Below are positions 1 to 13,683 of a DNA stretch of 64,000 bases, in pieces (position 1 is the stretch's first letter; every line of letters begins with the position of its first letter). Location: assembly GCF_963921235.1 (NCBI RefSeq), contig NC_086108.1:36210001-36274000 (forward strand). Direction: 5' to 3'. The notes under the pieces were generated by a model. That model saw nothing but the letters and a program-made list of their open reading frames with translations. It was not told the DNA's origin and searched no databases. The translations under genes and the position numbers were made by a program. Source of the stretch: Mobula hypostoma. Lineage: Eukaryota.

Positions 1-133
1 GGTCAGGGGGTATGGAGGGAAGGCTGGGTTCTGAGTTGGATGATCAGCCATGATCATAATAAATGGCGGTGCAGGCTCGAAGGGCCGAATGGCCTACTCC
101 TGCACCTATTTTCTATGTTTCTATGTTTCTATG
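1..133 (+). mobile_element. 3' end of a CR1 LINE (cut by window edge)
   Basis: Ends in (TTTCTATG)n tail; near-identical to the reverse complement of the 3' end of the CR1 at 63364-64000. Confidence 0.9.
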
Positions 134-249
134 TTTCACGTCTTTACAAAGGAACACAAAAAACAATCCCTTTGGGCAACATTTTTTACTATTCAGTAAT
201 AGTATTAGATATGTTATCATACTTATTATGGATGAACACATCGAGCACT

Positions 250-1515
250 GATGCAGGAAAAGCAGCATCCATCATCAAGGGCCCCATCCACTCATGTCAT
301 GCTCCCTTCTTGCAGTTGCCATCAGGAAAAAAAGCACAGGAGCCTCATAACTCACATCACCAGGTTCAGGAACCCCTCAGCCATTAGGCTCTTGAACTAC
401 AGGGATGACTTCACTCATCCATCACTGAATTGTTACCACTGAACTGGACTCACTTTCAAGGTCTCTTCATCTCATGTTCTTGATATATATTGCTTACTTA
501 TTTATTGTTATTATTATTTATTTTTTCTCAGCTCAGGCTGGTAAGACCTGGTGGATGCTGCATTCTTGAGGCTCCGCCTTTTGAAGATAACTTTAATGGT
601 AAGGAGGATTGTGCCTATGATGGAACTTGTTGAGTCCACAACCTCTGCAGCCTCTTTCAATCATATATGTCAGAGCCCACATACAAGGCTGTGATGCAGC
701 CAGTCAGAATGCTCTCCTCTTGACATCTATATAAATTTGCTGGAGTCTGTTGGGTGACATATCAAATCTCCTCAAACTCTTAATAAGGTATAACTGCTGC
801 ATGCCTTCTACTTACTGAAGCACTTACACCCACAGTGATGAAGCGCTTTGCCTGAGGAGTGACTTGGATCTGCTCCAGTATGCCCACCGCCACAACAGGT
901 CAACAGCAGATGTCATTTCATTGGCTCTTCATTCAACCCTGGAATATCTGGACAGTGAAAATGTATCCATCAGGATGCTCTTCATTGACTACAGTTCTGT
1001 ATTCAACACAATCATCTCCTCAAAACTAACCAAAAAGCTCCAAGATCTAGGCCTCAATACCCCCTTGTGCAACTGGATCAACTAGATCCTCAATTTCCTC
1101 ACTTGCAGACCACAGTCAGTTGGGATTGGCGGCAAAATCTCCTCCAAAATCCCCGTCAGCACAACTACACCACAAGACTGTGTGCTTAGCTGCCTGCTCT
1201 ACACACGTTGTACCTATGATTGTGAGGCTGATTACAGTTTGCCGATGATACCACTGTTGTTGGCTGAATTCAATGTAGTGACAAATCTGTACATTAAGAG
1301 GAAGTTCGGAAATCTGGCTGAGTTGTGCCACCGCAAAAACCTCTCACTCAATGTCAGCACAGTCAAACAGCTGATTATTGACTTCAGGAGAAGGAACCAA
1401 AGATCCATAAGCCAGTCCTCATCAGGGGATTAGAGGTGGAAGGAGTCAGTAACTTTAAATTCCTTGGTGTTATCATTTCAGAGAATCTGTCCTGGATCCA
1501 CCACATAACTGCCAT
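250..1515. mobile_element. Cluster of degraded Rex1/Babar-type LINE fragments (+ 250-520, - ~525-800, + ~830-1515)
   Basis: Translations KAASIIKGP..H..F.QLPSG and NRSTADVISLALHSTLEYLD..IRMLFIDYSSVFNTI match Rex1/Babar ORF C-terminal and RT motifs. Confidence 0.75.
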
Positions 1516-1516
1516 T

Positions 1517-3400
1517 AGACCATAAGAGAGAGGAACAGAATTAGGCCATTTGGCCCATTGAGTCTGCTCTGCCACTTCATGGCTAATCCATTTTCCTTCT
1601 CAACCCCATTCACCTGCCTTCTCCTTGTAACCTTTCATGCTGACTACTCAAGAGCCTATCAACCTCTGTCTTAAATACACCTAATGAACTGGCCCCTACT
1701 GCCACCTGTGGCAACGAATTCCGTAGATTTAATATCCTCTGGCTAAGGAAATTCCTTCTCATTTCTGTTCAACATGGATAGGGACCTTTTCTGAGGCTGT
1801 GCCCTCTGGCTGTAGACTCCCCATAGGAAACATCCTTTCCACATCCTTTTATCAATGCCCTTCAACATTCGATAAGTTTCAGTGAGATTCCCCCCCCCCA
1901 TTCTTCTAAATTCCAGTGTGTCCAAGCGCAGAGCCATCAAATACTGCTCCTGCAATAACTTTCATTCCTGCAATCATTCGCGTGAGCCTCCTGTGAACTC
2001 TCTTCAATGTCAGCACATCCTTTCTTATAGCTGCTCACAATACTCCAAGTGAGGCCTCGTCGGTGCCTTATAAAGCCTCAGCATTACATCCTTGCTGTTA
2101 GATTCTATCTCTCTCAAAATGAATTTGTATTCCTTACCATTGACACAACCTGCAAGTTTACCTTTTGGGAATCCTGCACAGACTCCTAACTTCCTCTGCA
2201 CCTCTGATTTTTGATTTTTCTGCCCCTTTAGAAAATAGTCTATGCCTTTGTTCCTTCTACCAAAGTGCATGGCCATACATCTCCTGACATTGTATTCCAT
2301 GTGCCACTTCTTTGCCCATTCTCCTAATTTGTCTAAGTTCTTTTGCAGCCTGCCTGCATCCTCAAAACTGTCTGCTCTTGTTTTTGTATCATCCACAAAT
2401 TTGGCCATGAAGCCATCAATTCCAACTTCCAAATCATGTAGACAGAACATTAAAAAAACGATCCCAAAACCAACACTTGTGGAACATCACAAGTCACCAA
2501 CAGCCGCCCAGAAAAGGCTCAATTTATCCCCACTCTTTGCCTCCTGACAATCAACCATGCTAGTATCTCCCTGTAATACCATGGACTTTTAGTTTGTTAA
2601 GCAGCCTCGTGTGCGCACCTTGTTAAAAGTTTTCTTAACAGCATCCACTGACTCTCTTTTGCCTATCCTGCTTGTTATTTCCCACAAATTTGTCAAGCAA
2701 GGTTTTCCTTTAAGGAAACCATGCTGACTTTGGCCTATTTTATTATGTGCCTCCAAGTTCCCTGGGACCTCAACCTTAACGATCAACTCCAGCATCTTCC
2801 CAACCACTGAAGTCAGGCTAACTGGCTTATAATTTCCTTTATTTTACCTTCTTGAAGAGTGGAGTAAATTTGCAATTTTTTACTCTTCCAGAACCATTCC
2901 AGAATCTTGTGATTCTTGAAAGATCATTACTAATGCCTCTACAGTCTCTTCAGCCACCTTTTTTAGAACCTTCAGCTGTAGTCCATCTGGTCCAGGTGAC
3001 TGACTTGGTCCAGACCTTCCAGCTTCCCAAGCAGCTTCTCCCAAGTAATAGCAATGGCACTCATTTCTGCTCCCCTGCCACTCTCAAACTTCCAACATGC
3101 AGTAGTATCTGCCACAAGTGAAGCTGGATGCAGAATACTTATTTAGTTTGTCTGCCATTTCCTTTCCCCATTACTGCCTCTCCAGCACGATTTTTCAGTG
3201 GTCTGATATCTACTCTGATCTCTCTTTTTATTCTTTATATATCTGGAAAAAAAAATGTGGGTATCCTGTTTGCTTACCTTTATATTTCTTTTCCATCCTT
3301 ATGGCTTTTTTACTTGTAGGTTTTTAAAAGTTTCTCAATCCTCTAACTTCCCAGTAATTTTAGCTCTATTATATGCCTCCCCCTTTTGTTTTTAAGTTTT
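1517..3400 (-). mobile_element. Degraded 5'-truncated CR1 LINE (ORF2 RT + 3' UTR)
   Basis: ORF fragments SQHGFLKGKPCL, AKFVDDTK, RPHLEYC, ETYRMLKG; 3' tail at ~1517. Confidence 0.9.
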
Positions 3401-3405
3401 TTTTA

Positions 3406-5332
3406 CAGTTGCAAAAAAAGTTGGTAAACTGTTGCAATTAGCTGCTTTTCTGCATTAATTACTCATAAAGTATGGTCTGCCCTTCATCTAAGTCACAATA
3501 ATAGATGAACACAATCTGCCTAAACTAATAACACACAAGCAATTGTACTTTTCATGTCTTTATTGAACATATTGTTTAATCATTTGCAGTCAAGGTTGGA
3601 AAAAGTATGTGAACCCTTGCACTTAATAACAGTAGAACCTCCTTTAGCAGCAATAACCTCCACCAAACATTTCCTGTAGCTGCTGATCAGACTTGCACAA
3701 TGGTGAGGAGGAAATTTAAACCATTCCTACATACAAAACTGTTGCAGTTCCTCAATATTTCTGGGGTACTTTGCATGAACAGCCCTCTTTGGGTCGTGCT
3801 ACAGCCTCTCAATTGAGTTAAGGTCTAGACTCTGACTTGGCCATTCCAAAACACAGATTTTCTTCTTTTTATCCCATTTTGTTGTTGATTTACTCTTGTG
3901 TTTCAGATTATTGTCTTGTTGCATCATCCAACTTCTATTAAGCCTCAGGTGACAGACCACCATCCTGACATTCTTCAGTAAAATGCTTTGATACAACTTA
4001 GAATTAGTTGTTCCCTCAGCGATTGCAAGCTGCCCAGGCCCTGAGGCAGCACACCGACTCCAAACCACGATGGTTGGTTGGGATGTGGTTTGGTGTTGGT
4101 GTACAGTGCCCTTTTTCCTCCAAACATAGCAGAGTGCACTTCTGCCAGATAGTTCAATTTTTGTCTTATCTAGCGCAGAACATTGTCCTTGAAGCGCTGA
4201 GGGATATCCAGGTGGTATTTTGCAAACTTGAGATGTGCAGCAATGTTTTATTTGGCGAGCAGTGGTTTCCTCTGTGGTGTCTTTCCATTAACACCATTTT
4301 TGTTCAGTGTTTTTCTTATAGTGGACACATGAACAGACTCCTGAGCAAGTTCTAGGTCTTTTGCTGTTCCCCTGGGGTTCTTTTTCACTTCCTTCAGCAT
4401 TGCGCGTTATGCTCTTAGTGTGATCTTTGCAGGACACCTACTCTTAGGGAGAGTAGCAACTATATTGATTTTCCTCCATTTGTAGACATTTTCTCTTATT
4501 GTGGACTGATGAACACTCAGGCCTTTAGAAATGCTGTTGTAGCCTTTTCCAGCTTCATGCATCTCTCCAATTCTTCTATGCTCCTCTGAAAGTTGTTTTG
4601 ATTGAGGCACAGTGCACATGAAGTTTTTTGAGAGGAGCAGGCTCTGTTAGTAACCTGACTTTGTGTGTCTTTTAATAGGGCGAGGCACGTGTTCAGTCTC
4701 ATCTCATTGATTGGAACACCTGACTCCAAATAGCTTTTGTAGAAGGCATTACCCCAGTGGTTCAGATACTTTTTTGAACCTAGACTGTTGTTATTGGACT
4801 GTATTCCTTGGAGTTTAGAAGAATGAGGGGAGACCTCATAGAAACATTTTGAATGTTGAAAGGCATGGACAGAGTGGATGTGGCAAAGTTGTTTCCCATG
4901 ATGGGGGAGTCTAGTACGAGAGGGCATGACTTAAGGATTGAAGGGCGCCCATTCAGAACAGAAATGCGAAGAAATATTTTTAGTCAGAGGGTGGTGAATC
5001 TATGGAATTTGTTGCCACGGGCAGCAGTGGAGGCCAAGTCATTGGGTGTATTTAAGGCAGAGATTGATAGGTATCTGAGTAGCCAGGGCATCAAAGGTTA
5101 TGGTGAGAAGGCGGGGGAGTGGGACTAAATGTGAGAATGGATCAGCTCATGATAAAATGGCGGAGCAGACTCGATGGGCTGAATGGCTGACTTCTCCTCC
5201 TTGTCTTATGGTCTTAAATGGTGTACTCCGTATTATCGAGAAGTAGTAGAATTGTTAGTGTGTTGCTAGATTAGGCAGATTGTGTTTATCTATTATTATG
5301 ACTTAGATGAAGATCAGACTGCATTTTATGAG
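3406..5332 (-). mobile_element. Degraded Tc1-family DNA transposon with long TIRs; right TIR split by a CR1 insertion
   Basis: Begins TA|CAGT; transposase fragments QQDNNLKH, WPSQSLDLNSIE, GKGYNSISK; 4758-4793 plus 5216-5332 are the reverse complement of the left TIR (~3460-3617). Confidence 0.85.
4794..5215 (+). mobile_element. Young CR1 3' fragment nested in the Tc1 TIR
   Basis: ORF2 C-terminus (RTEMRRNIFSQRVVNLWN..KGYG) and TCTTATGG tail; nearly identical to 51063-51486. Confidence 0.9.
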
Positions 5333-5499
5333 TGGCAAATGTGGCAAAAAATGCCTGATGTTACAGGATAGCTTATTATTTGGTGCAGTGGTTCTGCAAT
5401 TTACTTGGGGCTTCTGTACATTCCTGATGCATAGACTGAAGGTTCTCAATACAATTGTGAATGTTTCTCTATTTTGAACAGTGATGTGCCAGAGATTTA

Positions 5500-5960
5500 T
5501 AAGTTTTCATAGGACTACTGTGTATCTTTCAAGAAGGCTTTGAGCACATCCTGGAATCTTTCCCTCTGTCCACATAGCAGTTTCTTCCTGTGACAGAGTC
5601 CGGAGGAGAGTGCCTCTTTTGGGAATCTGGTAGTGGGCGCAAACAACTTTGTAGGGGTCTGGGAAAAGATTAATTCTTCTATTTAATACTATACTTGGAT
5701 ACGTACTTCAAATGCACTACAAAATTATAGTTTGATTTAGTTGAACAGTTCTTTTTGAACCAAAATTGATGCGTGATGCTTCATAGCCACCTCTATGGTA
5801 CAACTTTCTACTTTACTTACTTTACTGAACAGTCAGATTTAATACCTGAATTTCTCACCAAAGACTGGAGTGGGGAGTTACAATGCCTTTGTAAATCTTT
5901 CAAGAAGGTTTTGAATACATCCTGGAGATGCCAGAGGCGGTGTAGCGTGATGTCCGTGTG
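5500..5960 (-). mobile_element. Two old RTE-clade LINE C-terminal fragments
   Basis: Minus strand reads LCHRKKLLCGQRERFQDVLKAFLK (~5525-5600) and QDVFKTFLK (~5900-5925), resembling the RTE motif GGQRKRFKDxLKASLK. Confidence 0.55.
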
Positions 5961-6689
5961 CGGTTGGAGACTGGCTTCTCCCTTCGGTGCCCCCAGTGTT
6001 TGATCACTGGAACAACAGACTGGATTGCAGTGGCTGTGCACTGCTGGGAATCTGCGTAATCAATTTGCAGGACATGTTGCTCAGGGTCTTATGTTTTTTT
6101 TGTGTTATATTTTCATGGTGACCTTTCAAATGCTGAAGTATACAGCTATAGATTAATATTCTTATTTCCTATTACTTGAGCCAGACAGGCATTGATGTCA
6201 TTGAATCAGTCTTCTATATGTGATTTGTTTCAACCTAAATAGATTGGGTCTAAGGCTGCCCCCATACTTTGAGAGGCTGATGGATAAATTCCCTTGGTGC
6301 TGATAACCACCTCAAATCTGCTTCGTATAGTCCATTGCATTCTATAGTTATAAACTTTCAATTATTTTTCTGAAAAATTCTAAACATGTATACATTTCCA
6401 GCTCCTTTTAATGCATTTATTTAGCCCAAGTCAGTACAATTTCATCTTTTAGATCAAATGTCAGTACATGCATTTTGCCATTCCATATCCACACAGAAGA
6501 TGGCAGTATGCAGCATTCTGAAAGGTAATTAAATTCAGATTATATTTTAATTATGCTGAGGCTTAAATACTTTTCTGTCAAATATTCTTCAGAGGCATCA
6601 ATTTTGAAATGAAAAATACTATTATGTTATTCAGTATTTATTTAGTGAAAAAAAACTATTCATCCTGATTATATTTAACTCTTCCACAG

Positions 6690-6788
6690 AACTTTTCCAA
6701 GAACATATTTGCAATTTTACAATCAGTGAAAGCCCGGGAAGAAGGTCGAGCACCAGAACAAAGACCCCCACAAAACATAATACCTCCG
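6690..6788 (+). CDS. CDC73: CDC73 (parafibromin) internal coding exon, equivalent to human exon 8
   Basis: cag|AAC...CCG|gtaag; 99 bp, phase 0-0; encodes [33 protein letters not shown], matching human [26 protein letters not shown]. Confidence 0.97.
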
Positions 6789-7745
6789 GTAAGAAGAAAG
6801 TTGAAAGTAGTTTTTAACCATTTCTCTTTCTGAGAGGGAAAAAATTTATTTCTTTTAGAGTTCTTTCCTGACTTTTTCTTGAATGTTGCCAATCTCTTGC
6901 ACCCACAGTGAAGAAATTGGTTTTAAGATGAGATTTAAGAAATATTGTTGAGAAAATATAATTAGATTCATGTTGGATTTTTTAAAATGTTTTGATACCT
7001 AAAGAATAATTTCAGGCCTGAAAGATGGCATGTGGGAAGTTTGTCAGATGATATCACAGATAAGTGATTTTATGGAAAGAATGACAAAGCAGAGATTGTT
7101 TTTCTTTAGAGGTGAAAAGATTAAGAAGGGTTTTAAAAGACCAAGAGGGAGGAATTCATATCTTCCAGTGAGTGGGTTAGGAATTAAAAATTAAAGATTT
7201 AGATAACTGGCAAAAGTAGAAGGGAAATGAGAAGCATTTTGATTCACATATTAAGATCTGGAGCAGCATCTTGCTTGCAAATGTAGTGCAAACAGGTTCC
7301 TCCAAAGCTTTCAAAGACAAAGTTTTGTACTTGCTTAGAACTTACAATGTTAAAAATAAAAGTCAGAATGTGGGAATAAATCGTACAACTCCTTCATTGG
7401 GACATTTGAAACAAATTACCTTTGCTACTGTTTTATTTTGTCTGTGTCACAAACTGTAAAAGATGTGTGCAAGATCACAGTTATAATAGAGCAAGAAAAC
7501 GAATCAAATAACTGATTTGGCACAGGAAATACAAAGTTCTGTTATTTCTATATCTGGTTAAATAATGTACTTTAACTATCTGTTGCAAATCCAAGCAGGT
7601 AAATTTTAAATATATGAAATAAACATTCATGTGGTCTCATTTTTACTGGTCTTCATATGTTTCCCATTTTTCTTGTAGATTTATATTGAAGAATCACTTT
7701 TTTTTTGCCAGTATTATTAAATATGTTCTTGTTTTTACTTTGCAG

Positions 7746-7824
7746 GACCCAGCTCTAAGAAATAAACAACCTATTCCAGCAGCATACAACAGATATGATC
7801 AGGAAAGATTCGCAAAGAAAGAAG
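7746..7824 (+). CDS. CDC73: CDC73 internal coding exon, equivalent to human exon 9
   Basis: ttttgcag|GAC...GAAG|gtgaat; 79 bp; encodes [26 protein letters not shown](E). Confidence 0.97.
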
Positions 7825-9003
7825 GTGAATATGCACTATTCTCCAATGTGCCCATTATAACTTGCTTTCCCCTTTGTTCTCCCTCGTTATCAAATGAACA
7901 TGTTTTTACCTTTTGGTTTACAATTCAGCAACATTTAGGCATTCAATATGTTGGATTAGCACCGAACATGTGATTGTCAGAAAGCTACTGTTATACGACA
8001 GATCCTCTATTCAGCTCAAAAGCTGACAAAATTGAAATCTTTTGAGGTATTAATTTGCAGCTCAGTATTGCATTATTAAATAGTTTGTTTACAGTTTAGG
8101 GAGATGATGTGAATGACTCACATTGTGTAAAAGCTGCGAGGATCTTTTAGTCATGGTTGACATGTCAGCCAGCTCTAATCCATGATAATTTGCATTCATA
8201 ATTGTATTTAATGCTCAACACGACAAGAAAAGCCTGCCTTGGATTTTTTTTTATAAATCATGCACAGTGAAATTTACAAAAATGTTTAATGAGTCCCTCA
8301 AAACATGTATGTGACAGGATGTAGCCAAGCATATTGTTTTTGTATTAACATTTCTTTATCGTTTTAATGCCTTGTAGTGGATGAGTTAAAATAACACACT
8401 TTTTGTGATGCCGTATATGTGGCCATTTTTATTCCTTTTTTGTCCATTTTGCATTTGGCTTGCTGATTTGTTCATTATTTTGGCAGACAATATCTTTCAA
8501 ATCCGAATTATGCAGAAGAAAAATCTTGCAGTAATATATTTTCATAATATTTAGGAATTTAATACGTTAGGTTCTGATGTTTATGTGCAGACTAGATCAA
8601 TGTACCAAATTGTGCTTATTTAAGAAATTTTATATTTCATTTGCAGAGAGTAATTATTCTATCATCAGGAGCAGATATTGATACAATGATATTACAGCAC
8701 CCCTTTACTGCTGGTTTCAAACATAACAGTTCTGCACTGAGTTACCAGATAGGGGTTGCATAGCACTGAATATAGAAACAGAAGGTAATTCCTGTGAGTA
8801 TGTGCAGAAAGAATGACTAAATTATAGAGCTTAGGTGTTGTATGAACACAGAAATTCATCAAAATTTAGCACTTAAAATAATTTACAAAGTTTACAAAGT
8901 GAAATCAATTGCACATATTTGTCATAAAAAAAAATAGTCATTTAAAATACCATGGATGGGTAAATCCCTGAATGTATCCTTTCGTTATTGTACGTGACTT
9001 GTA

Positions 9004-11345
9004 ATAGAACATAGAATAGTACAGCACAGTACAGGCCCTTTGGCATACAATGTTGTGCCGACCCTCAAACCCTCCCTCCCATATAAGCCCCCAACTTAAA
9101 TTCCTCCATATACGTGTCCAATAGTCTCTTAAACTTCACTAGTGTATCTGCCTCCACCACTGACTCAGGCAGTGCATTCCATGCACCAACCACTCTCTGA
9201 GTAAAAAACTTTCCTCTGATATCCCCCTTGAACTTCCCACCCCTTACCTTAAAGCCATGTCCTCTTGTATTGAGCAGTGGTGCCCTGGGGAAGAGGCGCT
9301 GGCTATCCACTCTATCTATTCCTCTTATTATCTTGTACTCCTCTATCATGTCTCCTCTCATCCTCCTTCTCTCCAAAGAGTAAAGCCCTAGCTCCCTTAA
9401 TCTCTGATCATAATGCATACTCTCTAAACCAGGCAGCATCCTGGTAAATCTCCTCTGTAACCTTTCCAATGCTTCCACATCCTTCCTATAGTGAGGCGAC
9501 CAGAACTGGACACAGTACTCCAAGTGTGGCCTAACCAGAGTTTTATAGAGCTGCATCATTACATCGCGACTCTTAAGCTCTATCCCTCGACTTATGAAAG
9601 CTAACACCCCATAAGCTTTCTTAACTACCCTATCCACCTGTGAGGCTACTTTCAGGGATCTGTGGATATGTACCCCCAGATCCCTCTGCTCCTCCACAGT
9701 ACCAAGTATCCTACCATTTACTTTGTACTCTGCCTTGGAGTTTGTCTTTCCAAAGTTACCACCTCACACTTCTCCGGGTTGAACTCCATCTGCCACTTCT
9801 CAGCCCACTTCTGCATCCTGTCAATGTCTCTCTGCAATCTTCGACAATCCTCTACACTACCTTCAACACCACCAACCTTTGTATTGTCTGCAAACTTGCC
9901 AACCCACCCTTCTACCCCAACATCCAGGTGGTTAATAAAAATCACGAAAAGTAGAGGTCCCAGAACAGATCCTTGTGGGACACCACTAGTCACAATCCTC
10001 CAATCTGAATGTACTCCCTCCACCATGACCCTCTGCCTTCTGCAGGCAAGCCAATTCTGAATCCACCTGGCCAAACTTCCCTGGATCCCATGCCTTCTGA
10101 CTTTCTGAATAAGTCTACCGTGTGGAACCTTGTCAAATGCCTTACTAAAATCCATATAGATCACATCCACTGCACTACCCTCATCTATATGCCTGGTCAC
10201 CTCCTCAAAGAACTCTATCAGGCTTGTTAGACACGATCTGCCCTTTACAAAGCCATGCTGACTGTCCCTGATCAGACCATGATTCTCTAAATGCCCAGAG
10301 ATCCTATCTCTAAGCATCTTTTCCAACAGCTTTCCCACCACAGGCATAAGGCTCACTGGTCTATAATTACCCGGACTATCCCTACTACCTTTTTTGAACA
10401 AGGGGACAACATTTGCCTCCCTCCAATCCTCCGGTACCATTCCGGTGGACAACGAGGACATAAAGATCCCAGCCAGAGGCTCAGCAATCTCTTCCCTCGC
10501 CTCATGGAGCAGCCTGGGGAATATTCCGTCAGGCCCCTGGGACTTAACCGTCCTAATGTATTTTAACAACCCCAACACCTCCTCTCCCTTAATATCAGCA
10601 TGCTCCAGAACATCCACCCCATTCATATTGTTCTCACCATCATCAAGTTCCCTTTCATTGGTGAATACCAGAGAAGTATTCATTGAGGACCTCGCTCACT
10701 TCCACAGCCTCCAGGCACATCTTCCCAGCTTTATCTCTAATCGGTCCTACCTTCACTCCTGTCATCCTTTTGTTCTTCACATAATTGAAGAATGCCTTGG
10801 GATTTTCCTTTACCCTACTCGCCAAGGCCTCCTCATGCCCCCTTCTTGCTCTTCTCAGCCCCTTCTTAAGCTCCTTTCTTGCTTCCCTATATTCCTCAAT
10901 AGACCCATCTGATCCTTGCTTCCTAAACCTCATGTATGCTTCCTTCTTCCACCTGACTGGATTTTCCGCCTCACTTGTCACCCATGGTTCCTTCACCCTG
11001 TCATTCTTTATCTTCCTCACCGGGACAAATTTATCCCTAACATCCTGCAAAAGATCTCTAAACATCGACCACCTGTCCATAGTACATTTCCCTGCAAGAA
11101 CATCATCCCAATTCACACCTGCAAGTTCTAGCCTTATAGGCTCATAATTTGCCCTTTCCCAATTAAAAATTTTCCTGTTCTCTCTGATTCTATCCTTTTC
11201 CAAGATAATGCTAAACGCCAGGGAGCGGTGGTCACTGACCCACAGATGCTCACCTCCTGAGAGATCTGTGACCTGACCTGGTTCATTACCTAGTACTAGA
11301 TCTAGTATGGCATTCCCCCTAGTCGGCCTGTCCACATACTGACAG
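9004..11345 (-). mobile_element. Young 5'-truncated CR1 LINE, ORF2 with two frameshifts
   Basis: ORFs 10655-11335, 9718-10683 and 9065-9697 give end of APE endonuclease, RT (YMDFSKAFDKVPH, GVPQGSVLGP, KFADNTK) and CR1 C-terminus. Confidence 0.95.
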
Positions 11346-11488
11346 AGGTAGATTATGGATGTTATCTACATGGATTTCAGTAAGGTGTTTGACAAAGTTC
11401 CTCCTGGGAGGCTCATGCAGTATATGAAGAGGCATGGGATTCACGGTGAATTGGCTGTTTGAATTCAGAACTAGCTTCCCCATCGAAC

Positions 11489-11901
11489 TTCCAAGGGGAC
11501 CACAACCTTGTCATGGGGTTTGGAGGCTTGCGTGCCTCAATGGAGAGCTATGCTGGCTGGAGTCAGTGCTTTATGCTTTGGCTCTTGGTAGGGTCACCCA
11601 TGCCAAACAGGTCAAAGGGTAGAGGCAAGACTAAGAGTGGGGTCCACCGGACTTCCAGGTTTGGGGGTTCAGCTCCTGATTAACATTCCCGACTAGTAAA
11701 ACAAAATTGTTACTGAAACGGCGATAAAGAATCCTTCTACATCTGAGTACGATGGTATTCCTGAGTCGCCATCCAAGACTGACAATAGAGAAGACCAAGA
11801 GAAAGCTTCTGACATAATGAAGGAATTCCTGAACACCATCAGAGATGGAGGACCTTCATTACTGCCCTAAATGCGAGCAATGTATTGGCAGTAAGCAAGT
11901 G
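11489..11901 (+). mobile_element. Non-autonomous internally deleted RTE (Rex3/Expander-like) element
   Basis: 5' part resembles RTE 5' UTR (ACAACCTTGTC..GCTTGCGTGCCTCAATG..GGTAGGGTCACCCATG); 3' part reads RWRTFITALNA followed by a GTAA/GCAA-type tail; interrupts CR1 with a degenerate CCCAT(C/A)GAA-like TSD. Confidence 0.6.
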
Positions 11902-12001
11902 GCTCATAGAAGGCAGAGAGTCGTGGTCTGAGGGGCTTATTTTAACTAGAGATCTGTGATTAGTGGTGTTCTGTAGGGATCTCTGCTGTTTGTGATGTAT
12001 A

Positions 12002-13683
12002 CAGTGGCATGCAAAAGTTTGGGCACCCCTGGTCAAAATATCTGTTACTGTGAATAGTTAAGTGAGTAGAAGATGAACTGATCTCCAAAAGTCATAAAGT
12101 TAAAGATGAAACATTCTTTTCAGCATATTAAGCAAGATTAGTGTAATATTTTTGTTTTGTGCAATTTTAGAGTGGAAAAAAAAGAAGCACCATGCAAAAG
12201 TTTGGGCACCCCAAGCTCTCAGATAACTTTTACCAAGGTCTCAGACCTTAATTAGCTTGTTAGAGCTATGGCTTGTTCACAGTCATCATTAGGAAAGACT
12301 AGGCGATGCAATCTTCACAGCTTTATAAATACCCTGACTCTTCAAACCCTGTCCCAACAGTCAGCAACCATGGGCTCCTCTAAGCAGCTGCCTAGCACTC
12401 TGTAAATTAAAATATATTATGCCCACAAAGCAGGAGAAGGCTATAAGAAGATAGCAAAGCGTTTTCAGGTAGCCATTTCCTCAGTTCATAACGTAGTTAA
12501 GAAATGGCAGTTAACAGGAACAGTGGAGATCAAGTTGAGGTCTGGAAGACCAAGAAAACTTTCGGAGAGAATTGCTTGTCGGATTGCTAGAAAGGCAAAT
12601 CAAAACCCCCGTACGACTGCAAAAGACCTTCAGGAATGTTTAGCAGACTCTGGAGTGGTGGTGCACTATTCTACTGTGCAGCGACACCTGCACAAATATG
12701 ACCTTCATGGAAGAGTCATCAGAAGAAAACCTTTCCTGCGTCCTCACCACAAAATTCAGCGTCAGCAGTTTGCAAAGGTACATCTAAAGAACCCTGATGC
12801 ATTTTGGAAACAAGTCCAGTGGACTGATGAAGTTAAGTTAGAACGTTTTGGCTGCAATGAGCAAAGGTATGTTTGCAGAAAAAAGGGTGCAGAATTTCGT
12901 GAAAAGAACACCTCTCCAACTGTTAAGCACGGGGGTGGATCGATCATGCTTTGGGCTTGTGTTTCAGTGGTAGAGGGACGAATGAATTCAATTAAATACC
13001 AGCAAATTCTGGAAGCAAACATCACACCGTCTGTAAAAAAAAAAGCTGAAGATGAAAAGGGATTGGCTTCTACAACAGGATAATGATCCTAAACACCTCA
13101 AAATCCACAATGGAGTACCTCAAGAGGCGCAAGCTGAAGGTTTTGCCATGGCCCTCACTGTCCCTCGACCTATGCATCATCGAAAATCTGTGGATCAACC
13201 TCAAAAGAGCAGTGCATGCAAGAGGGCCCAAGAATCTCACAGAACTAGAAGCCTTTTGCATGGAAGAATGGGTGAAGATCCCTCAAACAAGAATTGAAAG
13301 ACTCTTAGCTGGCTACAGAAAGCATTTACAAGCTGTGATACTTGCCAAAGGAGGTATTACTAAGTACTGACCATGCAGGGTGCCCAAACTTTTGCTTCGG
13401 GCCCTTTTCCTTTTTTGTTATTTTGAAACTGTAAAAGATGGAAATAAAAAAGTTTTCTTGCTTAAAATATTAAAGAAATGTGTCATCTTTAACTTTATGC
13501 CTTTTGGAAATCAGGTCATCCAAGGATGCTGCCCGACCTGCTGAGTTCCTCCAGCGTGTTGTGCGTGTTGCTTTGACCCCAGCATCCGCAGAGTATTTTG
13601 TGTTTAGGTTGTCTTTTACTCGCTTAGCTATTCAAAGTAACAGAAATTTTGACCAGGGGTGCCCAAACTTTTACATGCCGTGT
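12002..13683 (+). mobile_element. Full-length Tc1 transposon (IR/DR type), inactivated transposase
   Basis: TA|CAGTGGCATGCAAAAGTTTGGGCACCC TIR with inner direct repeat at ~12191; mirrored at 13372-13683; transposase motifs SGRPRK, WTDE, QQDNDPKH, DLCIIENLW with a stop and a frameshift. Confidence 0.95.
13521..13606 (+). mobile_element. PLE terminal-repeat fragment inserted in the Tc1 right TIR
   Basis: GATGCTGCCCGACCTGCTGAGTTCCTCCAGC...CCCCAGCATCCGCAGA; same family as 34527-34706. Confidence 0.75.

Noticed and set aside
5817..6041. Possible antisense exon ORF
   Set aside because: Shares motif with the adjacent RTE C-terminal fragment; no recognisable host protein.
7629..7973. 114-aa ORF as a standalone gene
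   Set aside because: Only 7746-7824 is exon, bounded by AG/GT; the rest is intron read-through. The same applies to ORF 45468-45734.
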